Below are positions 1 to 12,632 of a stretch of 64,000 bases of DNA, piece after piece. Numbering within the stretch: the first letter of the stretch is position 1; each line of letters starts with the position of its first letter. The notes beneath the pieces were generated by a model. The model saw only the letters and a list, made by a program, of their open reading frames with translations, searched no databases and was not told the origin of the DNA. Where the stretch lies: NCBI RefSeq assembly GCF_009914755.1, contig NC_060938.1. One strand, given 5' to 3'. The position numbers were made by a program, and so were the translations under genes. This DNA is from the human T2T-CHM13v2.0 reference genome, Homo sapiens.

Positions 1-1146
1 ATCTCTCTGAACCTTTCCCTGAGACTCGCCCTGAGTCTGACTGAGTCTCTCCCTGAGACTCTCCCTGAGTCTGGATGAGTCTGGGGTTTTTATGGGCATC
101 AGAGGGGAGGAAGTTCATGCTGATGGTCCATAGGCAGCCATGCTTGGGCCCAGAAAAAGCACCATAAGTTCCTGCTCTACTCTGCAGGGCCAGCAGCCTG
201 GCCCTCAAGCTTCAGGCCTTCCCCAGCTTGAAAATGAGGCTCTCAAGGGACCTCCCCCTTTCCACCAAAGAGCCTGTCTGCTTCCTGCTGCTATTCATGG
301 CACCCAGGCTGTTTGCCCTTGGCCTGCCTCATTCTTTTTTTTTTTTTTTTTTTGAGCCAGAGTCTTGCTCTGTTGCCCAGGCTGGAGTGCAGTGGCACAA
401 TCTCGGCTCACTGGAAACTCTGCCTCCCGGGTTCACACCATCCTCCTGCTTCAGCCTCCTGAGTAGCTAGGACTACAGGCGCCCACCACCGTGCCCGGCT
501 AATTTTTTGTATTTTTAGTAGAGATGGGGTTTCTCTGTGTTAGCCAGGATGGTCTCCATCTCCTGACCTTGTGATCCGCCCACCTCAGCCTCCCAAAGTG
601 CTGGGATGACAGGCGTGAGCCACTGCACCTGGCCAGCCTGACTCATTCTTATTGGCACCAAATGTCCAGAGGGGACCAAGAAAGCAGGGGTCTGGCATCT
701 CAGCACTGGCCTGAGTGTGCATACACCCAGCCAGGTTGCAACAGTGCCCTGGCTCAGCCTCAACTTTTCTCCCAGATCAGAGTGGGTGCCAGGAGCAGGG
801 AGAGGCCAGGGAGTGGGAGCAGGCATTTCTGAGCCTGTGGAGGTACAGGGGGCATTCCTGGGCCTCCAAGAGTGTGGAGATGCCTGGGAGTGGCCGCGGC
901 TTGGACAGGTGCAGCCATACCCAGGAGGGTGGGGCTCCTGGCTGCTCCCAGCCCCTAAGAGCACAGATAGCCTAGGATAGCCTAAGGAGTGTGAAGCTCC
1001 CACCCTGCCAACTCAGAAGGGGTCAGGGCTTCTGCCTGTTCTACTGCTCCTGCAAGCTCTGTGGAGCACAGAGCCCTGGCCAAGCCTTCCCCACTGAAGC
1101 TAGTGTCATGGCAATGGCCACTCTGGATGGGCCACAGCTGCCATTA
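1..1146 (-). mobile_element. MER52-family ERV1 LTR (partial, runs off window start), interrupted by an Alu
   Basis: The reverse complement of ~1110-1146 reads TAATGGCAGCTGTGGCCCATCCAGAGTGGCC, like the MER52 5' end. CTGAGTCTGGGGTTTTTATGGGC...GGAAGTTCATGCTGATGGTCCAT...AAAAAGCACCATAAGTT (~76-170) is MER52-type sequence, and 10-80 holds short CTGAGTCT repeats. Confidence 0.75.
335..634 (-). mobile_element. Full-length Alu (AluY-like) with TSD
   Basis: Poly-T at 335-353, then a dimeric Alu ending ...CACTGCACCTGGCC at 634. Y-type features include GGGTTCACACCAT and TAGCCAGGATGGTCTC. TSD: GGCCTGCCTCATTCTT (321-336) / AGCCTGACTCATTCTT (635-650). Confidence 0.95.
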
Positions 1147-1904
1147 GTATTGCAGATGATTGAGATAAAAAAATCACCTAACAAGTGGAAGAAGAGCAAA
1201 ATGGCTGAATAAAAGCCTCCAATTGTTCCCCCAGCAGGAACATGAAACTGAATAACTATTCACATAAGAAAGCACCTTTGTAAGAACCAAAAATCAGGTG
1301 AGCAATTACGGAATCTGGTTTTAATATCATGTCAAAGAAAAAGGCACTGAAGAGGGTAAGACAGTCTTGGGTTGCTGACACAACTCCTACCCTATGCTTT
1401 CCCTGTGGCTGCCTGGTGGAGAGAGAATCTGTGTGTACTGAAGAGCACAATGATTGTGGGAATTTGCATTGTAACTGCATGCTGCCATGTTACAGCAGAA
1501 AGCAGCACAAGGAATAAGAGGGATGATTCCTCTCTGTTCTGCATGCTCTTATTGCTTATTGGTCTGTATGATCCCTCCAGTCCCATAGAAGGAGCATGTA
1601 GACCAGAGGGGAATTGCCCATTTCAGCAGTTAGAATCTGAGTTCTGAAGTTTTGGCTGGCTTCACCACTGTGGTATAAAGCACTTTGGGTTTCTAAATAA
1701 ACTTGAAAGGTGTTCTATACCTCAACAGTTGCAATTCCTGGGCAAGCCTTGGTACTGTGCTGGGCTGAGGGCAAGTGGACTTGGGGTGCATATTACTTAG
1801 TGAGACACCAGCTGGGGTGACCAAGAGAGTGCTTGTGCAATTCTTCCCCCAACACAAGCCAGTGTATCCCACAGCTCCAGGAAAGATGTCTTCCTTCTAC
1901 TTGA

Positions 1905-2840
1905 GAAGAGGTGAAGGGAGAGAAAAGAGGACTTTGCCTTACTACTTGGATACTGGCTCAGCCGCAGGAGAATAGAGCACTAGGCAGAGACTTGAGGCCC
2001 TGATTCCAGGCCCTAGCTCCCATTTCTATACACACTCTGGGCCAGAAGGGAATCTGCTGCCTTAAAGGGAATGACCCAGTCATAGCAGGATTCATCACCT
2101 GCTGACTAGAGTACTTGGGTCTTGAATAAGCATTAGTGGCCTCAGGCAGTTCTCACCGTAGGTCTTGGGTGAAATCCACTGCTATACTGGCTTTAGGTGT
2201 GATCTAGGGCATTCCCATCTGTGGTGGCAATAGGGAAAGAGTCATTCTGCTAAAGGAAAGGAGAGGGAAGAGTAAAGGGGGTTTTGTCTTGCAGCTTGGG
2301 CACCAGCTCAGCCACAGTGGGATAGAGCACCAGGTAGCCTCCTGGGGTCCCCACTTCCAGGCCTGAGCTCATAGGTGTCATTTCTGGACCCAGTCCAGGG
2401 CAAAGGGAAGTTGACTGCCTTGGAGGGTGAGTTTTAGGCCTGTAAGCATTCCAGCAAGCTGAAGGGAGAGCCTTGGGTCTTGAGTGAATATCAGCAATAG
2501 CCAGGCAGAAATCTCTGTGGGTCTAGTGCAGTGGTGGCCACAGGAAGAGACTCCTGTTAGATAAGGAGAGAGAAGAGTGGGAAGGACTTTGTCTTGTGGC
2601 TTGGGTACCAGCTTAGCTGCAATTGAATAGAGCACCAAGTAGACTGCTAAGGTTCCTGCCTCCTGGCCCTGGCTCCTGGATGGCATTCCAAGACCTGCCC
2701 TGGGCCAATTGGGAGACTACTTCTCTTTAAAGTAAGATACAAGGCTGGAAATGTGCCATATACTGACTAAAGAGTTCTTGGGCCTTGAGTGAACATAGGT
2801 GGTAGCCAGGCAGTGGTTACCATGGGCCTTGGGCAAGGCA
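1905..2840 (+). repeat. Three diverged ~310-350-bp tandem units in the L1MA 5'UTR
   Basis: A block GAGAAGAG...GACTTTGTCTTG..GCTTGGGTACCAGCT.AGC...ATAGAGCACCA.GTAG recurs near 1910, 2262 and 2568. Confidence 0.75.
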
Positions 2841-3851
2841 CAGTGCTGTGCTGGCTTTAGGTCTGAACCAGCACAGTCCCAATAGTGGTAGCCACAGGGG
2901 TGCTTGTTTCACCCTTCCCCGTGCTCCAGGCAGCTCAGCATAGAGAGAAAGAGAGCCTGCCTGTTTTGGGGAAAGTAAGGGAAGAGAACAACTGTCTCTA
3001 CACGGTAATCCAGGGAATTCTCCTGGGTATTTCACAAGACCACCAAGCAGTACTCCCATGAGTTAGCAAAAGTCACAGTATTACTAAACTTGGGGTGCCT
3101 CCTAATGCACATGTCACTGCAGTGACCAAAGATTTAGATTACAGAACTCAATGCCCTTTGAATACTTGGAAAGCAGTTCCAAGAAGAATGCATACAAAGC
3201 AGCCAAGACCGTGGAGACTACGATAAATACCTAACTCTTTAATGCCCAGACATTGACAAACATCCACCAGCATCAAGACTTCCCAGGAAAACTTGACCTC
3301 AACAAATGAATTAAATAAGGCACCAGTGACCAATTCTGGAGTGACAAAGATATGTGAATTTTCAGATAGAGAACTCAAAATAACTGTTTTGATGAAGCTC
3401 AGTGAAATTCAAGATAACACAGAGAAGGAATTCAGAATCCTCTTGGATAAAGTTAACAAAGATTGAAATAATTAAAAAGAATCAGGTAGAAATTCTGGAG
3501 ATGAAGAATGCTATTGAAATGTTGAAAAAATATTCTTTCAACAACAGAATTGATCAAGCAGAAGAAAGAATTAGTGAGCTTGAAGAAAGCCTACTTGAAA
3601 ACACAGTCACAGCAGACAAAAGAAAAAAGAATAAAAAAGAATAAGGAATGCCTGTAAGTTTAAGAAAAATACGCTAAAAAGGAAAAATCTAAGAGGTACT
3701 GTCCTTAAAGAGAAGGTAGAGAGAGATTGGGGGTAGAAAGTTCATTCTAAAGGATAATAAGAGAACTGTTGAAACCTAGAGAATTATATCAATATTCAAT
3801 TTCAGGATGATTACAGAACACAATCAGACTTAACCACCCAAAAGACAACCT

Positions 3852-6103
3852 TGATATGATTTGGCTGTATCCCCATCCAAATCTCATCTTGAATTGTAGT
3901 TCCCATAATCCCCACATGTCATGGGAGGGACCTGGTGGAAGGTAATGGAATCATGAGGGCAGTTACCCCCATCCTGCTGTTCTTGTGATAGTGAGTGAGT
4001 TCTCATGAGATCTGATGGTTTTATTATGGGCTTTTCCCCCTTTGACTCTTCTTGCTGCTACCATGTGAAGCAGGATGTGTTTGCTTTCCCTTATGCTGTG
4101 AATGTAAGTTTCCTGAGGCCTCCCCAGCTATGCTGAACTGTGAGTGAATTAAACCTCTTTCCTTTATAAATTACCCAGACTTGGGTATGTCTTTATTAGC
4201 AGCATGAGAATGGACTAACACAGTAAATTGGTACAAGGAGTGAGGTGCTGCTGCTGTAAGGATATCCACAAATGTGGAAGTAGCTTTGGAACTAGGTTAT
4301 AGGCAGTGGTTGGAACAGTTTGGAAGGCTCAGAAGAAGACAGGAAAATGTAGGATAGTTTGGAACTTCCTAGAGACATGTTAAATGTCTTTGACTAAAAT
4401 GCTGATAATGATATGGACAATGAAATCCAGGCTGTGATGGTCTAAGATGGAGATGAGGAACTTCTTGGGAAGAGATTGTCAAAGAGATTGTCAGCATTTT
4501 GCCCTTGCCATACAGATCTGTGGGTCTTTAAACTTGAGAGAGATGATTTAGGGTATCTGGCAGAAGAAATTTCTAAGCAGCAAAACATTCAAGAGGTGGC
4601 AGAGCATAAAAGTTTGCAAAATTTGCATCCTGACAATGTAAATTTTTGGGGGAAAAATTCAAGCCTGCTGTAGAAATTTGCTTAAGTAACAAGGAGCTGA
4701 ATGTTAATCACCAAGATAATGAGAAAAATGTGTACCGGGCAGGTCAGAGACATTTGCGGCAGCCCCTCCCATCACAGGCTGGGAGTTCTAGGAGGAAGAA
4801 TGGTCTCATGGGCTGGACCCAGGGCCTCCCTGCTGTATGCAGCTTGGGTACTTGGTGCCCTGCATCCCAGCCATGGTTAAAAGGGGCCAAGCCAAGGTAG
4901 AGCTCGGGCTGTGGCTTTGGAGGGTGCAAGCCCCAAGGCTTGGCAGCTTTCACGTGGTGATAAGTCTGTGGATGCATAGAAGTCAAGGATTGAGGTTTGG
5001 GAATCTCCGCCTAGATTTCAGAGAATGAATAGCAATGCCTGGATGTCCAGGCAAAAGTTTCCTGCAGGGGTGGAGCCCTCATGGAGAGCCACTGTTAGGG
5101 CAGTGTGGAAGGGAAATGTGGGGTTGGAGTCCCCTACATAGAATCCCCACTGGGGCACTGCCTAGTGGAGCTGAGAGAAGAGGGCCACCATCCTCCAGAC
5201 CCCAGAATGGTAGCTCCATTGGCAGCTTGCACTGTGCACCTGGAAGAGCTGCAGGCACTCAATGCCAGACTGTGAAAAAAGCCAGGAGAGGGGCTTAACC
5301 CTGCAAAGCCACAAAGGTGGAGCTGGTCAAGGCAATGATGCCCTTTGCATCAGCATGACCTGAATGTGAGACATGGAGTCAAAGGAGATCATTTGGAACT
5401 TTAAAGTTCAGTGACTGCTTTATTGGATTTTGGACTTGCATGGGGCCTGTAGTCCCTTTGTCTTGGCCAATTTCTCCCATTTGGAATAGGTGTATTTACC
5501 CAATGCCTGTACACCCACTGGATCTAGGAAGTACATAACCTGCTTTTGATTTTACAGGCTCATAGAAGGAAGGGACCTGCCTTGTCTCAGATGAGACATT
5601 GGGCTTGGACTTTTGGGTTAATGCTGGAATGAGTTAAGACTTTGGGGGACTGTTGGAAAGGCATGACTGGTTTTGAAATATGAGGATATGAGATTTGGGA
5701 GGGGCCAGGTGTGGAATTATATTGTTTGGCTGTGTACTCACCAAAATCTCATCTTGAATTGTAGCTCCCATAATCCTCATGTGTTGTGGGAGGGACCCAG
5801 TGGGAGGTAATTGAATCATATGGGTGGTTACCCACATGCTGTTGTTGTCATGATAGTTAGTGAGCTCTCATGAGATCTCATGGTTTTATAAGGGGCTTTT
5901 GTCCCTTTTCCTATTTCGTTTCTTTGCTTCCACTATATGAAGAAAGATGTTTTTGCTTCCCCTTGCTTCCCCTTGCCATGATTGTTAAGTTTCCTGAGGC
6001 CTCCCCAGCCATGCTGAACTGTTAGTCAATTAGACATTTTTTCTTTATAAATTACCCAGTCTTGGATATGTCTTTGTTAGCAGCATGAGAACAGAGTAAC
6101 ACA
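3852..6103 (+). mobile_element. Complete THE1 (THE1C-like) MaLR provirus: LTR-internal-LTR
   Basis: 5' LTR 3852-4222 (TGATATGATTTGGCTG...GGACTAACACA), internal region 4223-5716 (GTAAATTGGTAC...TTTGGGAGGGGCCAGG PPT-like) and 3' LTR 5717-6103. The L1 ORF1 sequence resumes after it. The 5-bp flanks are degenerate (AACCT/TATCC). Confidence 0.95.
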
Positions 6104-6838
6104 TATCCCAAGACATTTAATATTGAAACTCTCAAAGATCAAGGATAAAGAAGAGATCATGAAAGCATCTAGATAAAAGAAAGAAAGAACATACAAAGGA
6201 GCCCCAATACATCAGGTAATAAACTTTTCTGTGGAAACATTACAGGCCAGGAGAGAATGACATGATACATTTAAAGTGTGAAAAGAAAAAAAAAAAACTT
6301 TTATCATAGTATAGTACATCCAGCAGAAAATATCCTTCCCACATGAAGGAGAAATAATGCCTTTCATAGACAAAACCTGAGGGATTTCATCAACACCACA
6401 CCTGTCATACAGGAAATGCTAAGGGGAGTTTTTTAATATGAAAGAAAAGAGCATTCATAAGCAATAATAAATCATAAGCAATAATAAATAATACATCAAA
6501 ACTCACTGGTAAGGACACAGAGAAACACATAATATTATAAAACACTATAATTGTGGTATGTAACCTACTTTTATCTTGAGTAGATAGACTAAAAGATGAA
6601 TTGCTCAAAATTTATAACTACCACAACTTTTGAAGACGTAGATGGTACAATAGGATACAAATAGGAACAATACAAAGTTAAAAATAAGAGGAAATTAAGT
6701 TAAAATTTGGAGTTTTTATTATCCTTCTGCTTGTTTGCTAGTTTATTTATTTGTTTTTGCAATCAGTGTTGTCAACAGTTTAAAATCATGGATTATAACA
6801 TGCTGTTTGCAAGCCTTATGATAACCTCAAATCAAAAA

Positions 6839-6930
6839 CCTCCTTCCCTTCCTTCCTTCCTTCCTTCCTTCCTTCCTTCCTTTCTTTCTTTTTCTCCTTC
6901 TTTCTTCTTTCTTCTTTTTTCTTCTTCTTA
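6839..6930. repeat. (CCTT)n/(CTT)n polypyrimidine microsatellite
   Basis: Seen directly in the sequence. Confidence 0.95.
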
Positions 6931-6953
6931 TTTATTGAGGAGAGACAAGGACA

Positions 6954-7222
6954 AGCACTTTGGGAGGCCGAGGTTTCCAAGGCCGAGGTGGATCACTTGA
7001 TGGCAGGAGTTCGAGACCAGCCTGGCCAACACAGCGAAACCCCATCTTTACTAAAAATACAAAAATTAGACAGGCATGGTGGCATGTGTCTGTAATTCCA
7101 GTGACTCAGGAGGCTGAGGCACAAGAATCACTTGAATCCAGGAGGCAGAAGTTGCAGTGAGCTGAGATTGTGGCCATTGCACTCCAACCTGGATGACAGA
7201 GTGAGACTCAGTTTTAAAAAAA
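6954..7222 (+). mobile_element. 5'-truncated Alu (AluS-like), no TSD
   Basis: Starts AGCACTTTGGGAGGCCGAGG, has a local GGCCGAGG duplication, the central A-rich linker and the right arm, and only a short A tail merging into L1 ORF2. Confidence 0.92.
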
Positions 7223-10200
7223 TACAAAAGATAAGTGGAATGAAAGCCTTTTTTTAAAGATAAACAAATTTGCCCTATCTTAGTCAGACTAGGAAAAAAA
7301 AGAGAAGACCTACCAAAAATAAAATCAGAAATGACAAAGGAGAAATTACTACCAATACTAGAGAAATTCAAAGAGTTATTAGAGAGTAATATGAGCAACT
7401 ATATGCTGATAAAATGGAAAACCTAGAAGAAATGAATAAATTCCTAGAAACAAACAACCTACCAATACTGAACCATGAAGAAACTCAAAACAAGAATAGA
7501 CCAATAACAAGTAACAAGATTGAAGTCATAAGAAAAAGTCTCCCAGCAAAGAAAAGCCCAGGACTTGATGGCTTCACTGCTTAATTTTAGCAAATATTTA
7601 AAGAATAACTAATATCAATCCTACTCAAAGTATTCTAAAAAGTAGAAGAGGAAATATTTCCAAACTCATTCTACAAGGCCAGTATTACCTTGTTACCAAA
7701 ACCAGACAAAGACACATAAAAAACAAACAAGCCAAACCAAATTAAGCCTATATCCATTATGAACATTGATGCAAAAATCTGCAACATAATACTAGCAAGC
7801 CAAATTCAACAACATATTAAAAATATCGTTTATTATGAGTAAGTAGAATTTATCCCAGGGATGCAAGAATGGTTCAATATATGTAAATCAAGTAATGTCT
7901 TACATTATATGAATAAAATAAATGACAAAAACCTTACAATCATTTCAATTTATACTGAAAAATCATTTGATAGAATTCAACATCCCTTCATAATACAGAC
8001 TTTCATAAAACTGGATACAGAAGGAATATACCTTAACACAATAAAAGCCGGATATGATAGACCCACGGATAGTATCATACTAAATGAGGAATAAGCTAAA
8101 AGCCTTTCCTCTAAGATCAAGAAAAAGACAACGATGTCAACTTTTACCACTGTTATTCAACATAGTATTGAAAATTCTAGCTAGAGCAATCAGACAAGGG
8201 AAAGATAAAAAAGACATCCACACTGAAAAGGAGGAAGTCCATTTATTCTTGTTTGCAGAAGATATGATTTTATATTTGTAAAACCCAAAGAATCTACCAA
8301 AAATTTATTAGAACTAACAAGCAAATTCAGTAAAGTGGCAGGCTACAAAATCACCATATAAAAATCAGTAGCTTTTCCATATGCCAACAGTGAACAATGT
8401 GAAAAAGAAATCCAGAAAGTAATCTCATTTACAATAGCTAAAAATAAAATGATACCTAGTAATAAACTTAAAAATTGAGAGATCTCTTCAATAAAAACAA
8501 TGAAACATTGATGCACAAAATTGTAGTAGGTACAAAAAATGGAAAGATACTCCATGCTCATGGCTTGGAAGAATCAGTATGTTTAAAATATTAATATTAC
8601 CAAAAGCAAACTAAATATTCAATGAAAGCTTCACCGAAATACCAATGACATCCTTCACAGAAATAAAAAAATCCTAAAATCTATGTGAAACCACAAAAGG
8701 CCCAGAATAGCCAAAACCATACTGAGTATAAGAAACAAAACTGGAAGAATCACGTTTTCTGACTTCAAATTATACACAGACCTACAGTAACAAAAACAGT
8801 ATGGTATTCACATAAAAGCAGACACATAGTCTAGTGGAACAGAAGAGAGAATCCAGAAATAATTCAATATGTCTACAATGAACTCATTTTCAACAAAGGA
8901 GCCAAGAACATACAATAGAGAAAGGACAGTCTCTTCAATAAATAGTGCTGAGAAAACTGGATATCCACATGCAGAAGAATTAAACTAGACCCTATTTCTC
9001 ATTATATACAAAAGTCAAATCAAAATGGATTAAAGACTTAAATCTAAGACCTCAAACTATGAAACTACTAAAAGAAAACTTTGGGGAAACTCTCGAGGAC
9101 ATTGGTCTGTGCAAATATTACTTGAGTAATACCCCAGAAGCTTGCCCCAGAAGCTCGGGCAAGCAAACGAAAAATAGACAAATGGGATCACATCAATTTA
9201 AAAAGCTTCTACACAGCAAAGGAAACAGTCAACAAACTGAAGAGACAACCCACAGAATGGGAGAAAATATGTGCAAACTACACAACTGGCAAAGGATTAA
9301 TAACCGGAACATATAAGGAGCTCAAGCAACTCACTAGGAAAAAAATCTGATAATCTGATTAAAAGATGGGCAAAAGATCTGAATAGACACTTTTCAAAAG
9401 AAGACATACAAGTGGCAAGTAGATATATTACAAGATGCATAATATCACTGATCATCAGAGAAACTCAAATAAAAAGTGCAATGAGGTATCTTCTTACCCC
9501 AGTTAAAATGGCTTTCATCCAAAAGACAGGCAATAACAAATGCTAGCGAGGATTTGGAGAAAAGAGAACCCAAATAGCCTTGGTGGGAATGTAAATTATT
9601 ACAGCCACTCTGGAGAACATTATAAGGGTTTCTTCAAAACCTAGGGATAAAACTATCATATAATACGACAATTCTACTACAGGATATTTATAGAAAGCAA
9701 ATGAAACCAGCATGTCAAACGTATCTCTGCACTTCCGTGTTTATCGAAGCACTATTCAAAATTGCCAAGATTTGGAGGCAACCTGCATGTCAATCAACAG
9801 ATGAATGGATAAAGAAAATCTGGTACATATACACAATGAAGTACTATTCAGGCATTAAAAAAAGACTAAGATCTTGTCATTTGCTAGAACATAGGTGGAA
9901 CTGGAGGTCACTATGTTAAGTGAAATAAGGCAGGCACAGAAAGACAAATTTCGCTTGTTCTTATTCCTATGTGGGATTTAAAAATTGATACAATTAAACT
10001 CATGGATCTAGAGAGTAGAATGATTGTTTCCAGAGTCTTTGAAAGGTAATGGGGGTGGGGGTAGTGGGGGTAGTTAATGCGTGCAGAAATATAGTTAATA
10101 GAATGAATAAGATCTAATATCTGATAGCACAACTGTCAATAATTCATTATACATTTCAAAAAATAACTAAGAGTATTATTGGAATGTTTTTCACACAAAG

Positions 10201-10399
10201 AAATGATAAATTCTTGAGGTGATGGATAATCCTATTTACTCTGATGTGATTATTATGCATTGTATACCAGTATACCAAAATTTCTCATATACCCCATAAA
10301 TATATGCAACACCTACTATGTACCCATAAAAATTTAAAATTAAAATCATCTAACAAGTAGATTAAAGCACTATAGTTTTGGGGTTGTATACTTACTACT

Positions 10400-12030
10400 G
10401 TCCCTCTCCTGACCAAGACTCTCCTTGCTGTACTTCCCTTTAGCATAACTGTGGAATTTGTCTCCAGGCTCTACTTTTCTCAAACACATTTCTCAAAATT
10501 GTGGCCTAATTTCTACATCCATGACTTTCTTGATACTTCTTTCATACATGAAGCTATCAATTCCATGTTAATAAACATAATAGATATTTTCATCCTTCAT
10601 TGTACTTGATGCTTTAAAAACATTTGCTACCAATAACTTAGAAATAGATTTTTATTTTGTGGGGAACAACCTATTGTCCTGGTGTTCTGCCTGCCTTTCT
10701 GGACTCACCTTGTCATGGTCCATTGTTGCATCATTTACTCCTTTCTCTCTAAACTGTTAGAAAACTTTGGAATTCTCTCCTAGGATTTGATGCTCTTCTC
10801 TTTGAATACTCTTTTTGAATTATTTTGCTTACTCCTAAAGCTTTTGTTATTGCAGATATGTTAATGACTCTCTGTGGTTATTGCTATTTCAGTTTTCTTT
10901 ATAGCTTAGACTTCATCTGCCTATTGGATATTTCCAATTGGAAATCCATATTTATATTAAATCCACATATTGCCCCACCACCATTTATATTAAATTCACA
11001 TATGCACCACTACCTCCTCATTATTGAAACATTTGACTTTCTTTGTGGTACATATCCCTGTGCGTCATACACCATGCACTCCACTGTTTGAGCCCAAAAC
11101 TGGATGTTGTCTTTGACTTCTCTCTGCCTTTTATCTCATAACCTGAGTAATCATCAAATTCTATAAGTTCTGCCTCCAAATTACACCTCCATTCTTTTTT
11201 TCACTTCTCTCCCTTACATTACCGCCAATTTCATTCCTACATCACATCTCTTGTTTGGATTATATAAGTTTTTAGCTGGTGTCCTTTCTTCAAATTCATT
11301 CTCTCCAATCTAGCCTCCACTTTTCAGTAATCTTTCTAGAATACAGATTTAGTCATGGTATTTCTATGCTTTTGCTGTGTCAGTGATTTGTCATTGCACC
11401 CAGGAAAGCCCAAACGTTCTTACCAGTCCTACCATATATTCTCATCCTTGCAAATGCCTCAATTTCTTGACACTCCTTTACTCTTATTCCAAACTTCAAC
11501 TATTTTAACCTAAATTTCCTATGCTCACATACTTTGTCTTATTAGTCTGTATTATGCTTCCATAAAAGAATTTCGCAGACTTGGTAATTTATAATGAACA
11601 GAAATTTATTTGGTTAATGGTTCTGGAGGCTGGGGAGTTCAAAATCATGGGGCTACTTCTGGTGAGAGATTTCTTGCTGTGCCATAACATGATAGAAGGC
11701 ATGACATGGGAAGAGAGTCAATGCAAGAGAAGAAGTGGAGGATGAAATCTCTTTTATAACAAATCTGCTCTAGTGATAATGACATTAATCCATTCATGTG
11801 GGTGGTGGCTTTATGACTGAAACAACTTCCATTTGGCTCCATCTCTCAACATTGCTGAATTGGTGGTTAAGTTCCAACACATGAACTTTAGGGAGCACAT
11901 AAAAACCGTAGCACACTTGTTTGGTTATATTAACATTTTTTTTTGGCCTTGGCTACTTCCCATATCTACCTTTTATTTACCTCAAGGATAAATGAAATAA
12001 TAGGTACTCACTAAATATGTGTTTATTAAA
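10400..12030 (+). mobile_element. L2 remnant split by an MST LTR
   Basis: L2-like motifs CTGCCTATTGGATATTTCCAATTGG (~10918) and CATCAAATTCTATAAGTTCTGCCTCC (~11152), plus a 3'-end-like TAGGTACTCACTAAATATGT (~12001). Confidence 0.65.
11535..11913 (-). mobile_element. MST-family MaLR solo LTR
   Basis: TGTCTTATTAGTC...GGTAATTTATAATGAACAGAAATTTATT...GTTCCAACACATGAACTTT...AAACCGTAGCA, with TSD TACTT/CACTT. Confidence 0.88.
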
Positions 12031-12315
12031 AACAGTGGTAATTATACTACCTTTAAACTTTATTTCATTGGGAAAATAAAGCTTACTGTTTCTTCAAGGA
12101 AAATTTAAAGGAAGTCAAGAAATGGTTGTGTTTTAAGCAAAACTTAGAAGTTTAAGAGACCTAAATTCAATTAAATAAATTGAACTTTTTTGATTGTTTC
12201 AGTAAGTATATCAGATATTGAAGTTATTCATCTGGTGTGATATTAGCTTCAATAAATATCCAATGTTTTTATGATATATAAGAAATAACTTGTCATTTTG
12301 GGGTCACATTTTAGG

Positions 12316-12632
12316 GAGAAAGTTAAGAATTATATGAAAGTGTCCATGGTGAATCCATGGTATAGCTACTGAACTATTTTTCTATGAGTTAGCATAGACT
12401 CAGGGAGTTTAACAAGCATTTATTTGTATTCATGTGGTAATATGTATGTAACAGGGCATTTAGTTGGGTCATATTTGTGGCTAAAACAGTTCAGTATTCA
12501 AGTTAAGCCCCACTGCTCCTTGAGCATATCCACTTGAATTGGACTTGAATACTACTGATTGTTGGAATTGGATGGTATCCTTTTTCCCACATTTTTGTTT
12601 GCATTTATTAATTAATGAGCTTTTAAACTCTG
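12316..12632 (+). repeat. ~310-bp dispersed direct repeat, copy 1
   Basis: Colinear with 13715-14020; shared blocks include CAGGGAGTTTAA.AAGCATTTATTTGTAT, GAGCATATCCACTTGAAT and CCACATTTTTGTTTGCATT. Confidence 0.92.

Larger units (their letters stand above)
1187..10345 (+). mobile_element. Near full-length L1MA (L1MA2/3-like) LINE-1, decayed, with nested THE1 and Alu
   Basis: 5' end GGAAGAAGAGCAAAATGGCTGAAT, ~2-kb 5'UTR, ORF1 remnant (3402-3644 SFNNRIDQAEERISELE) and ORF2 RT remnants ([22 protein letters not shown]). L1MA-type 3' end ACCTACTATGTACCCATAAAAATTTAAAA. TSD: AAAATCACCTAACAAGT (1170-1186) / AAAATCATCTAACAAGT (10342-10358). Confidence 0.93.

Noticed and set aside
140-1212. Cluster of GC-rich ORFs (up to 162 aa) suggesting a gene
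   Set aside because: They are translations of the MER52 LTR and the Alu ([21 protein letters not shown]), with no domain or splice structure.
1905-2840. Novel tandem array or CRISPR-like repeats
   Set aside because: These are long diverged units typical of L1MA 5'UTRs, and the same unit recurs at 60400-60520. There is no repeat-spacer structure and the context is eukaryotic.
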